A stretch of 64,000 nucleotides of DNA, from NCBI GenBank assembly GCA_964621645.1, contig CAZUMH010000006.1:5173-69172 (forward strand). Reading direction: 5' to 3'. Position numbers and translations under genes: made by a program. Below, piece after piece: positions 38,715 to 47,117 of this stretch (position 1 is its first letter; every line of letters starts with the position of its first letter). The DNA is from an uncultured bacterium. GTDB taxonomy: Bacteria; Zhuqueibacterota; QNDG01; JAGLOF01. A model generated the notes under the pieces. That model did not search any database and was not told the DNA's origin. It was given only the letters and a program-made list of their open reading frames with translations.

Positions 38715-39544
38715 GAAACGTGTCAGGTAATATTCGTCCTTCGGCTCTGGCGGGAACCTGGTATCCGGCAGGGCAGCAGGAATTGCGGGATCTGGTGCGC
38801 GGATTCCTGGATGCAGTTCCGGAGCGGTCTTTTCCCGGACGGCCGCTGGGTCTTATCAGCCCTCACGCCGGCTATTACTATTCCGGCCAGACAGCGGCCT
38901 ACGGATACCGGATGGTGACAGGGGTGCCCTATGATCTTGTGGTCCTGCTCGCTCCCATGCACATGCTGTCTTTCGGACGCTTCCTGGCCAGCAGTGCTTC
39001 CTATTACAGCACTCCTCTGGGGAAGGTACAAGTGGACCGGGACGCGTTGAAAGAACTTGCCGGGAAGGTGGAGATCACGTTCCTTGATTCTGACGCGGAA
39101 CACTCTCTGGAGATTCAGCTGCCTTTTTTACAAACGGTGCTCGAGAAATTCATCATTCTTCCCATCATGATAGGCACGGTGGATCTGGGGGCGGCGGCTG
39201 ATCTCGCGAAGGCGCTCTTGCCTATTTGCAAGGGGCGCGAAACACTCATTGTTGCCAGCTCAGATATGCATCATATCAATGATTACCAAGAAGTGGAGCG
39301 TCGTGACAGTCGCATTGAAGATGCCTTGCGGAGATACGATCTGCCTGCCCTTCGGAAGGAGTTGCGGCCGGAAGAGTGCAGTGTTTGCGGCAAGGTTCCC
39401 ATCATGACGGCCCTCACCCTGGCCCGCGAGCTTGGTTCAAAAAGGTTGGAGATCCTGCACCGCACTCATTCCGGTGAAGTAACAGGAGAGCTGATACCCG
39501 GACAATATACGGTCGGATATCTATCGGCCGTCATGCTGCCTTAA
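38711..39544 (+). CDS. amrB: AmmeMemoRadiSam system protein B (MEMO1 family)
   Basis: RPSALAGTWYP, ISPHAGYYYSG, EHSLEIQLPFLQ, ASSDMHH, VCG and TVGYLS. Confidence 0.92.
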   Translation: MRNVSGNIRPSALAGTWYPAGQQELRDLVRGFLDAVPERSFPGRPLGLISPHAGYYYSGQTAAYGYRMVTGVPYDLVVLLAPMHMLSFGRFLASSASYYSTPLGKVQVDRDALKELAGKVEITFLDSDAEHSLEIQLPFLQTVLEKFIILPIMIGTVDLGAAADLAKALLPICKGRETLIVASSDMHHINDYQEVERRDSRIEDALRRYDLPALRKELRPEECSVCGKVPIMTALTLARELGSKRLEILHRTHSGEVTGELIPGQYTVGYLSAVMLP

Positions 39545-39596
39545 GTATGCGGTTGTATAAATTCCTGACCTTGTGAGGGGAAGGTCAGCGGTCGGA

Positions 39597-40715
39597 TCAC
39601 TTCTGCGTCAGTATTTGGGGCAGTTTTGACTTGTGCGGGAAATTAATGGTATACACGGTTCCCCCTTCCCTGGAGATCTCAAGTTTTCCATTCAACTGGT
39701 CACGGGCGAAAATGGTCACCAGCTGCAATCCCAGAGAATCGGGATAATCGACGTCCACTCCCACCGGCAGCCCCACACCGGTGTCACCCACCATGAGATT
39801 GTAATTGTCGAATTTATCGGTTTTCAATTCCACCCGAATCAGGCACCGGCCCACATGTTCAGGGGGAAAAGCGTATTTGAGAGAATTGGAAACGAGTTCA
39901 TTGACGATCAGACCACAGACGATGTAGGTCTCCAGATCGAACTCAACTTCCTGAATGTCCACTGTATATGAGATCCGCCTGGGATCGATACTGTAGGACC
40001 AGAAGAGCCCCTGGATGAGGTCCTCCATGTAGGTTTGCAGATCGATGGTGATCAGATTTTCAGACTGGTAAAGACGTTCGTGGATGAGAGCCATGGCCCG
40101 CACCCGGTCCTGACATTGCTGGAACATGGCCCGCATCCGTTCGTCACTGATATGCTGTGACTGCAGACTGAGAATGCTGCAGACGGTTTGAAAATTATTC
40201 TTCACCCGGTGATAGATTTCCTTAAGCAGCGTCTCCTTTTTTCGCAGACTTTCCCAGAGAGCCATTTCGCGGGCAGGGATGTTTTTCTCCAGCCGGAAAA
40301 GCCGGTGAGCCCGTCGCATAACATACTCGAGTTCCTGAAGATAGCCGTCATGAACAATAAGGTAGTCCACGATAGTATCGCTGATAAGATCCTGTGCCTG
40401 TCTCATTTCCCGGGGCTCCGCTAGGAGCAGGACCGGAATTTCATCGCCGTCATCCATAACATGGGGCAGTTCCGAGACGGGGCCGTCCTCCAGCGTAAGC
40501 GGAGCCAGAACCAGCGTTGGTTTAAAGAGTTTGGATTGCACCGCGGCTTCGATGAGGTTCTCCGAGAGCGCAATGACGTAAGAATCCGGATCCTGCTTGA
40601 GACGGTTAGCGATCAGATCCTTGCGTTCCCCTGGTCTGTCAACAAGAAGAACGCGCAAGATTTTTTTCCCCGCTGACTGCTCTTTATTGGATGGCACCGG
40701 ATGTTGTCCTTTCAC
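39597..40715 (-). CDS. Cytoplasmic histidine kinase (HisKA_2/PdtaS type) with degenerate N-terminal receiver
   Basis: EIYHRVKNNFQ, MALIHERLY, LIVNELVSNSLKYAF, DTGVGLP and SLGLQLV. Confidence 0.88.
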   Translation of the reverse strand: MKGQHPVPSNKEQSAGKKILRVLLVDRPGERKDLIANRLKQDPDSYVIALSENLIEAAVQSKLFKPTLVLAPLTLEDGPVSELPHVMDDGDEIPVLLLAEPREMRQAQDLISDTIVDYLIVHDGYLQELEYVMRRAHRLFRLEKNIPAREMALWESLRKKETLLKEIYHRVKNNFQTVCSILSLQSQHISDERMRAMFQQCQDRVRAMALIHERLYQSENLITIDLQTYMEDLIQGLFWSYSIDPRRISYTVDIQEVEFDLETYIVCGLIVNELVSNSLKYAFPPEHVGRCLIRVELKTDKFDNYNLMVGDTGVGLPVGVDVDYPDSLGLQLVTIFARDQLNGKLEISREGGTVYTINFPHKSKLPQILTQK

Positions 40716-40747
40716 GGTTTTTTCTTGATGCAGGAATCCTGCGGCAT

Positions 40748-41587
40748 TTATCTTTTCCAGAAGTTCAGCGCGATTTCCTTCTTTCTCTTCTTTTTATCGG
40801 ATCGCTTCAGAAGTTCGGCCAACTCCTTCCGGAAGGCCGCAATATCCCCTGAAACGCTTTCAATTATTTCCTTCTCATGGTGAAAATCCAGGATCTGAAA
40901 GTTTTTCAAGGCCGGTTTCAGATAGATCTCCGGATTAAGCCTTTGGCGCTCGAGGTAGTTTATTTTATTTTCCATTATTTGGAAGGATGTCATTATCGTA
41001 TTGAACATGGTGGGAGACGGACTGCGGGCAGGGGGTTCCGAGGAGCCCGAAACATCGATGGCGATCAAAATGTCACACTCGTCACGAATGATACTCATCG
41101 GCAGGGGATTGACGATGCCTCCGTCTACCAAGATGCGGCTGTTAATCTTTATGGGCTGGAAAACTCCCGGAATGGAAATGCTGGCCCGGACGGCCGGGAT
41201 GATCTCGCCCTTTTCAAAGACGACTTCCTCTCTTTTCCAGAAATCGGTGGCCACGATCTTCAGTTGTATGGGAAGGTCTTCGAACCATTTGACAGGCAAA
41301 TGTTCATTTAAAAAATCGGTAACACCCTCTCCCTTAACCATGCCGGACATCGGGAACAGGGAAAAATCGATCATATGGGTCATCTCTTTCAGGCCGATGC
41401 TCTGGTAGAGATCTTTGATCTGGGATGCGGACATTCCTGCGGCATAAAAGGCGCCGATGATGGAGCCGATACTCGTTCCTGAGATGAGTGTCGGTTTAAC
41501 GCCCATCTCATCCAAAACCTGCAGGAACTCCATGTGACAGAGACCGCGGGCACCTCCCCCTCCCAGGGCGAGACCGAACCGTTTCAC
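40748..41587 (-). CDS. Patatin-like phospholipase
   Basis: LALGGGGARG, GTSIG (catalytic Ser) and LVDGG (catalytic Asp). Confidence 0.93.
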   Translation of the reverse strand: MKRFGLALGGGGARGLCHMEFLQVLDEMGVKPTLISGTSIGSIIGAFYAAGMSASQIKDLYQSIGLKEMTHMIDFSLFPMSGMVKGEGVTDFLNEHLPVKWFEDLPIQLKIVATDFWKREEVVFEKGEIIPAVRASISIPGVFQPIKINSRILVDGGIVNPLPMSIIRDECDILIAIDVSGSSEPPARSPSPTMFNTIMTSFQIMENKINYLERQRLNPEIYLKPALKNFQILDFHHEKEIIESVSGDIAAFRKELAELLKRSDKKKRKKEIALNFWKR

Positions 41588-41737
41588 CTCTTGCTCCCTG
41601 AAAATACAATAGTATAAATAAAATAAGCTCTGGGAGGATGAAAGTCAAGCTCTTTGCCTGATTCCCCGCCAGTTGCTTCTCCTCTTCTGATTTCGTATCT
41701 TACAGGGTGTTCAAGGCGTAAAAAAAAGGAGGCCGGG

Positions 41738-42472
41738 ATGAAGCGGAGCCTGTTTATTATTCTGTTAGGGATATGTGTCTCTTCGACCATACTGGCGCAG
41801 GTTTCGCGACAGGAGGTGAAGCCGACCACAGAGGAAGAAGCGCGGATAATCGCCCGCATCAAGGCGTTGCGGTTTTCCATTGACAGTCTCATGCTGCAGC
41901 TGTCTCCTGAAACCAGGGATATGCTGCGCCGTCAGTTGGCCCTGCCGACGGGAAATATCACTATCTCAGTCCCGGTGAGAAGAGAGACAACCCCTGAAAT
42001 CAATACGCCGCAGGTCTTCACTCCCGATCCTAAATATGAGGCCTTGACCCAATTCGATCGTAACGGTGACGGGAAACTGGGCAGCGGTGATGATCTTTTT
42101 ATTGACGCCTTTCAGATCTGGCACGATAAGAACCGGGATAAACGAGTGAGTACCAGCGAACGTTCCGGAATCCAGGAATACCTCAAGGAAATACGATTGA
42201 ATGATGGGACGGCCCTGATTCCGGATGGTACGATTATCTCTTTTTGGATGGTGGATTATGTCATTTTCGACCTGAATCATGATGGAACCAACGATTATGA
42301 AACCGGGACCGGAACTGATGACGGTATCCTGGTTATCGATACAGGGACACTGAATAACCGGGGATATGAGTTACTCTCTCCCTGGGGCAGCAAACTTGAA
42401 GGTGTCGTCCCCATGGAATCAGGGCAGATACTGGTCAGGCCCGATGGCACCAGAAAAACGCTTCTCTGGTAA
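41738..42472 (+). CDS. Exported protein with Dx[DN]xDG calcium-binding loops
   Basis: AGGAGG Shine-Dalgarno and signal peptide from ATG 41738; FDRNGDGKLG, WHDKNRDK and FDLNHDG motifs. Confidence 0.6.
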   Translation: MKRSLFIILLGICVSSTILAQVSRQEVKPTTEEEARIIARIKALRFSIDSLMLQLSPETRDMLRRQLALPTGNITISVPVRRETTPEINTPQVFTPDPKYEALTQFDRNGDGKLGSGDDLFIDAFQIWHDKNRDKRVSTSERSGIQEYLKEIRLNDGTALIPDGTIISFWMVDYVIFDLNHDGTNDYETGTGTDDGILVIDTGTLNNRGYELLSPWGSKLEGVVPMESGQILVRPDGTRKTLLW

Positions 42473-42506
42473 CCCCTCAGTCCGAGAGCCCGTCATCTCT
42501 CCTCTG

Positions 42507-43661
42507 TTAACGGAAGCCTGTCTCCGGTGCGTGGGGCAGCCGTTCCAGAGGCCTGGTCAGCTGGAAACGGCCCTCGGCAATCCAGGATTTGAGGATATTG
42601 GAGATGCGTCGCGCTTTTTCCAGACTGGAAAGAAGATAGGCGGGCACATCCTCTCCGCATACCCGCACGCTTCCGTTCATGATCTCTTCCACGGTGGTCT
42701 CGTCCAACACTATCCCGGTCTTCTGGGGATAATCACAGCTGTAATCGACTATGGGCACCCGGATATCACGATTCCGCACTGATACGAACCGCAGCATCTC
42801 CTCATCCAGGATCGGAATGGGAACTCCCAATCCCACCATCATACTGGTACCGTAATTTTTTAAATATACGCCGCGCAGCCATTGGGCGGACATCTGTTTC
42901 AGATCACCGGTAACGGCCATCGTTCCAGCTGGCTTACAGGGGATTCCTCTTTCATTTCTGGGAGCTGCGGGAGCGTGCTGGGTTCCGGGGCCGGTCACGT
43001 ATCCTATTCCCCCGCCTAAAAAAATACGGGTGCCCACTCCTATGGTACGGAAATATGGATCGTTCATGAGAGGACTGAGCTCCCCGGCCCCGCTGTAGGT
43101 GGCATTGCCGTAGCGCGGTTTTAAAACACCCATGTAGGTATGAATCGTACGGGTGGAACCGTTTACAGCGCAGTTGTAATTTTGATAGGCGTTGCGGGGA
43201 CAAAACAGAAAGGCATCCGGAAGATCGGCCAGAGAGATTTCTTTCTCCAAGATCAGGCCGGGGTAGCAGTCGGTACCTGTTCCTTCAGCGCTCAGTGTTA
43301 TCTTCCCTCCGGAAAGTAAATCCTGGATGACATGACCGCCGCCGTAGCGTGCCGGTCCATCCGTCCCGTTTTCCCGCGGCTGAGTGGCTCCGAGGTAGCA
43401 ATCCACCGCAGCCAGTCCGGCGTAAGCTTCGACTCCGTTAAGCCTGATCCGGCGCAGTTTCATACGGGGGGTGGGGTGGCCGATGTTGAAAAAGGCGCCG
43501 GAGGAGCACATGACACCGAAGGTTCCGGTGGTGACCACATCGACCTGCCTGGCAGTGCGTTCCACGCCGTGACGGTCGATACAGCGCAGGACTTCCTCGG
43601 CCGTGACCACCACCGCCTGCCGGCGGCGGATTTTCTCGTTTATTTTTTCGTAAGTCCTCAT
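42507..43661 (-). CDS. Homocysteine biosynthesis protein (DUF39/COG1900; aspartate-semialdehyde sulfurtransferase-like), no CBS domains
   Basis: RTYEKINEKI...AVVVTAEE, VDVVTTGTFGVMCSSGA, GTDCYP, NAYQNY and GIGVGTRIFLGG-like segments characteristic of the family. Confidence 0.9.
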   Translation of the reverse strand: MRTYEKINEKIRRRQAVVVTAEEVLRCIDRHGVERTARQVDVVTTGTFGVMCSSGAFFNIGHPTPRMKLRRIRLNGVEAYAGLAAVDCYLGATQPRENGTDGPARYGGGHVIQDLLSGGKITLSAEGTGTDCYPGLILEKEISLADLPDAFLFCPRNAYQNYNCAVNGSTRTIHTYMGVLKPRYGNATYSGAGELSPLMNDPYFRTIGVGTRIFLGGGIGYVTGPGTQHAPAAPRNERGIPCKPAGTMAVTGDLKQMSAQWLRGVYLKNYGTSMMVGLGVPIPILDEEMLRFVSVRNRDIRVPIVDYSCDYPQKTGIVLDETTVEEIMNGSVRVCGEDVPAYLLSSLEKARRISNILKSWIAEGRFQLTRPLERLPHAPETGFR

Positions 43662-43685
43662 GCTTTCCTCCCTATGCTGATACGA

Positions 43686-45065
43686 TCAGTCATTTCCATT
43701 GAGAAAAAGACGGTGCACTGCCTGTACGCTTGCGTTGACGCACTGGCGGGGTACAATGAAATAGGCGGCCACCCGGGAGGCACCGGAAACAACCAGGTGT
43801 ACGTGACTGCCGCTTTTATTAATTGTTCCGATCACATCGGTCAGACAGCCTTCCGATTCCGCCAGTCCCTGTCCGACCACGGCCACCAGACCGATGCTGT
43901 CCACCGGCTCGATTTGATCGATACCGGATGGCACGATCCGTCTCAGCGTCTTTTCGGCCGGATCGAGATCGGATCGGTCCAGCAGGATGTTGATGCAGGT
44001 CTGGCTGGTCATGACCGAGCGGATGTTCACACCGCTTTGCCCCAAGGCCGAAACCAGAATTCCCAGAAGGCCGGTTGCATAACCGACATCCGCGCCATGT
44101 ACCCGTAAGAGAGCGATGTCTTCCTTGTAGGTGACGCTTTTTATCACGCCTTTCTGTACCGGGCTGTTTTTGGTTATGATGGTTCCAGGATTGTCCGGGT
44201 GAAAGGTATTGCGGATATAAATTGGAATAGCAGTATCCAGCAGGGGCTCGACGGTGCGGGGGTGGAGGATGCCGGCACCAAAATAGGCGAGTTCGGCGGC
44301 TTCGTCATAGGAGAGAGAGGGGATGATACGGCTGGAGGTAACTACCTGGGGGGCCGCGCTGAGAAATCCATCCACATCCTTCCACATCTCCAAACGGTCG
44401 GCTTCCAGGCAGGCAGCCAGAACGGCGGCGACATAATCGGATCCGCCCCTGCCGAAAGTAAGGGGAACGCCTGGAGACCTCTGTCCGAAAAAGCCGGTGA
44501 CCAACGGCAGCTTTCCTTCCCGGAGGACGGCATGAATGTGCCGCGGCAGGAGTTCTCTGGTCCACTTCAGATCGGCGCTGGCGTTGCCCCAGGGACCGCG
44601 GCCCACCAGATCGATCCCGTCGCCCTCCAGCAGGGCGCAGGTCCTGCCCCGGGCCTCAAGAATGCCTGCCATTACCGTGACGGCCAGCCGTTCACCCATG
44701 GAGAGGATGTGGTCCTGCAGGCGGGGAGTGACCTCGCCTGTGTAGGATATCCCGGTACAGAGACGCTGCAGTCTTATTGTCAGCTGGTCGATCCCGGCAA
44801 AGGTCTTGTTGCGGATCAGGCTGTCCGGAATGCATTCCCGTGCCACCCGATGATGCCGGTCGCTGAGATCGCTCAATTGGGCCTGAAGGCTGTTTTCAGA
44901 CTCGAGCGCTACCCGCATGGTTTCCAGGAGCGTATCGGTGACTCCGTCAAAGGCGGAGAGAACAGCAACTATCCGTTTCCCTGAAGCTGAGGCGATGCGG
45001 AGGGCCGCTTCAAAAATGGAATCGCTTGCTTGCAGGGTCGATCCGCCGAATTTCATCACAATCAT
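43686..45065 (-). CDS. lysC: Monofunctional aspartate kinase with ACT domains
   Basis: MIVMKFGGS, VLSAFDGVTD, SMGER, TFGRGGSDY, WKDVDG, SYDEAAELAYFGA and two ACT repeats. The start overlaps the upstream stop (ATGA at 45062-45065). Confidence 0.93.
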   Translation of the reverse strand: MIVMKFGGSTLQASDSIFEAALRIASASGKRIVAVLSAFDGVTDTLLETMRVALESENSLQAQLSDLSDRHHRVARECIPDSLIRNKTFAGIDQLTIRLQRLCTGISYTGEVTPRLQDHILSMGERLAVTVMAGILEARGRTCALLEGDGIDLVGRGPWGNASADLKWTRELLPRHIHAVLREGKLPLVTGFFGQRSPGVPLTFGRGGSDYVAAVLAACLEADRLEMWKDVDGFLSAAPQVVTSSRIIPSLSYDEAAELAYFGAGILHPRTVEPLLDTAIPIYIRNTFHPDNPGTIITKNSPVQKGVIKSVTYKEDIALLRVHGADVGYATGLLGILVSALGQSGVNIRSVMTSQTCINILLDRSDLDPAEKTLRRIVPSGIDQIEPVDSIGLVAVVGQGLAESEGCLTDVIGTINKSGSHVHLVVSGASRVAAYFIVPRQCVNASVQAVHRLFLNGND

Positions 45066-45829
45066 TCTTTTTCCCCTTTCACAGGTAATACAGTCGTTCT
45101 GCGACCCGGCAGACATCCCCGGGTAATGAGACCGGTATCGTATGGAATTCTTTTCAGAGCAGGGAGGCTCCCCCACAGAGCTATGTCTCGTCCCAGCACG
45201 GCCAGGCCGCCTTCGATCTCGGGTATATCAGCCAGAACGTCGAAACAGTTAGTCAGGTCTTTTTTACTCAGCACCCGATTGCCAAGGGCGGTAGCCGCTG
45301 CGTCCGCTGTCACCAGATCAAAGGAGACAACCAGGGCCGCGTCCGCCTTTCCATAGCTGTGCGAATGTCCCACGGTTCCGGAAGAGGTGGCGATTCCAAA
45401 GGGTCGCGGGCGAGGGAGAGCTTCCAGCGCCAATTCCACGGGAAACCCGGGGCCGCAGTAGAGGCCCACCAGTACGGGCGAGGTGACGAACAGCGCGATA
45501 TCGCCGCCGTTGTCCACCACGGCTTCCGGTGCCCCGGCTTTGAGCAGAGAGTCCAGACATTCCCAAGCCACCATCCCCGCAACCGCGGCCATGGGGCCGA
45601 CTCCGCTTTTTTCCGCGGAGAGATACATCCTTTTAATCGATTCAGGGACTCGATCGGGAATATCCAGGGGGTCGTGTGAGGCGGCGAATTCCGGATGCAG
45701 GCTGATCCACTGCCGCAGAAGGCCGCGGGTTCTGCGTACAGAATCCACGGCAGCGGGAAAGAATTTCTTCTCTACCAGAACCGTCAGGATGCTCTCTCCG
45801 ATTTCAATATGATGTCTTTGCCAGCGCAT
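45062..45829 (-). CDS. UPF0280 (ApbE-like, COG2122) protein
   Basis: HPEFAASHDP, GVGPMAAVAG, VVDNGGDIA, GIATSSGTVGHSHSYGKADA and ADAAATALGN. Confidence 0.9.
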   Translation of the reverse strand: MRWQRHHIEIGESILTVLVEKKFFPAAVDSVRRTRGLLRQWISLHPEFAASHDPLDIPDRVPESIKRMYLSAEKSGVGPMAAVAGMVAWECLDSLLKAGAPEAVVDNGGDIALFVTSPVLVGLYCGPGFPVELALEALPRPRPFGIATSSGTVGHSHSYGKADAALVVSFDLVTADAAATALGNRVLSKKDLTNCFDVLADIPEIEGGLAVLGRDIALWGSLPALKRIPYDTGLITRGCLPGRRTTVLPVKGEKE

Positions 45830-45838
45830 AATTCACAT

Positions 45839-45873
45839 AAAAAAAGCCCGCGGCTTTGGAAGCCGCGGGCTTT
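45839..45873 (-). terminator. Attenuator terminator
   Basis: RNA: AAAGCCCGCGGCUU-CCA-AAGCCGCGGGCUUUUUUU. A perfect 14-bp inverted repeat plus U7, ending 10 nt before the UPF0280 ATG on the same strand. Confidence 0.88.
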
Positions 45874-45899
45874 GTATCCTTGTCCAATGCTATGACTAC

Positions 45900-45998
45900 C
45901 TAGACATGTCCCACGGCCTCCCTATAAGCGCTGCGCATGCCCATAAAGGTGACACTCATGTTCATGATGGCGGGAATTGTCCGGCGTGTGTTATTCAT
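45900..45998 (-). CDS. Putative Met-rich leader peptide (32 aa): MNNTRRTIPAIMNMSVTFMGMRSAYREAVGHV
   Basis: Translated by hand; below the ORF-track size cut-off. Met codons at positions 12, 14, 19 and 21, plus three Thr and two Ile codons. Lies between a sigma70 promoter and the terminator; purine-rich upstream region. Confidence 0.78.
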   Translation of the reverse strand: MNNTRRTIPAIMNMSVTFMGMRSAYREAVGHV

Positions 45999-46043
45999 TT
46001 TACCTGTTTTACTTCCTTGCGATACTTTTTATTGATGGGGATA

Positions 46044-46072
46044 AATATACGATCCGTGGATATCAGTGTCAA
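46044..46072 (-). promoter_or_regulatory. Sigma70 promoter of the leader/homocysteine operon
   Basis: Minus strand TTGACA-N17-TATATT (consensus -35, near-consensus -10). Confidence 0.8.
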
Positions 46073-46148
46073 GGAAAAAATCCCCGTATAATTATTTTTT
46101 TAACAATAATTGCTGACAAGTTCCGGGCGGACAGTCATCTGTGCGGGA

Positions 46149-47117
46149 TTAATTCGGCAGACTGTCGCGGTAACGCAGCAATCTTTCCCTAACCATTCCG
46201 GGGTCCGTCATCTGGAAGAGCTCTTGCCTCAGCCGGGTGCTCCCCGGCATTCCCCGGGTGTACCAGCCCAGATGTTTGCGCATTTCTTTTACCGCCGTTT
46301 CTTCCCGTTCTAGGGTGAGGGCGAGCCGGTAGTGATCCAGGCAGATGGCGATTCTTTCCTGAAAGGACGGGTCGGGAGGAACCTCACCCTTCTCTAAAAG
46401 CTGGGCCACCTGCCGGAAGATCCAGGGGCGGCCCAGGGCGCCCCTTCCGATCATGACGGCGTTGCAGCCGGTCAGGGTCAGCATGTTTTGGGCATCGCCG
46501 GCACTCTGAATGTCTCCGTTTCCGATAACCGGGATGGTGACGGATTCCTTTACCTGCTTGATCAAATCCCAATCCGCCTTGCCTTTGAAGGCCATGTCGC
46601 GGGTGCGGGGATGCAGAATGACCGCCGCGGCGCCTTCTTCCTGGAGGATCCGGGCCGCCTGCAGGGCCACGATATTTTTCTCGTTCCAGCCGGAGCGAAT
46701 CTTCCCCGTCACCGGCAGACTGGTGGCCGCGATAACCTCTCTGATTACGGCCCGCAGTTTCTTCAAATCCCGCAGCAGGGCGGAACCGGACCCGTTTTTC
46801 ACCACTTTTTTTGCTGGACAGCCGAAATTGAGGTCGATCCAGTCGGGAGAGGCCTCCTCGGCTGACAGGGCCGCCCGGGCCATCGTCTGGGGATCCTTAC
46901 CGAATATCTGGACCGCGAAGGGGCGTTCGCTGGCTCCGGCTTCTATCATTCCCCGGGTGCGCTGGTTTTCCCGCACAAGACCGTCGGCGCTTACCAGTTC
47001 CGAGCAGGTGGCGGCCGCACCGAAGGAACGGCAGATGCGCCGGAAAGAGGCATCTGCCACACCCGCCATGGGAGCCAGCAGGGCTCCAGCATCAAGTTCC
47101 AGGCTGCCTATCCTCAT
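46149..47117 (-). CDS. dusB: tRNA-dihydrouridine synthase B
   Basis: LLAPMAGV, VQIFG, IDLNFGCPAKKV, GKIRSG, HPRTR, IGNGDI and VMIGRG. Confidence 0.95.
   Translation of the reverse strand: MRIGSLELDAGALLAPMAGVADASFRRICRSFGAAATCSELVSADGLVRENQRTRGMIEAGASERPFAVQIFGKDPQTMARAALSAEEASPDWIDLNFGCPAKKVVKNGSGSALLRDLKKLRAVIREVIAATSLPVTGKIRSGWNEKNIVALQAARILQEEGAAAVILHPRTRDMAFKGKADWDLIKQVKESVTIPVIGNGDIQSAGDAQNMLTLTGCNAVMIGRGALGRPWIFRQVAQLLEKGEVPPDPSFQERIAICLDHYRLALTLEREETAVKEMRKHLGWYTRGMPGSTRLRQELFQMTDPGMVRERLLRYRDSLPN

Noticed and set aside
45830-46050. SAM-I riboswitch or T-box upstream of the homocysteine operon
   Set aside because: No AUCAAGAG/GCAACC SAM-I elements and no T-box UGGNACC bulge are visible; the leader-peptide model fits better.
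45906-46192. Plus-strand short ORFs 45906-46091 and 45977-46192 from the ORF track
   Set aside because: No Shine-Dalgarno or motif; the region is better explained by the minus-strand promoter, leader and terminator.
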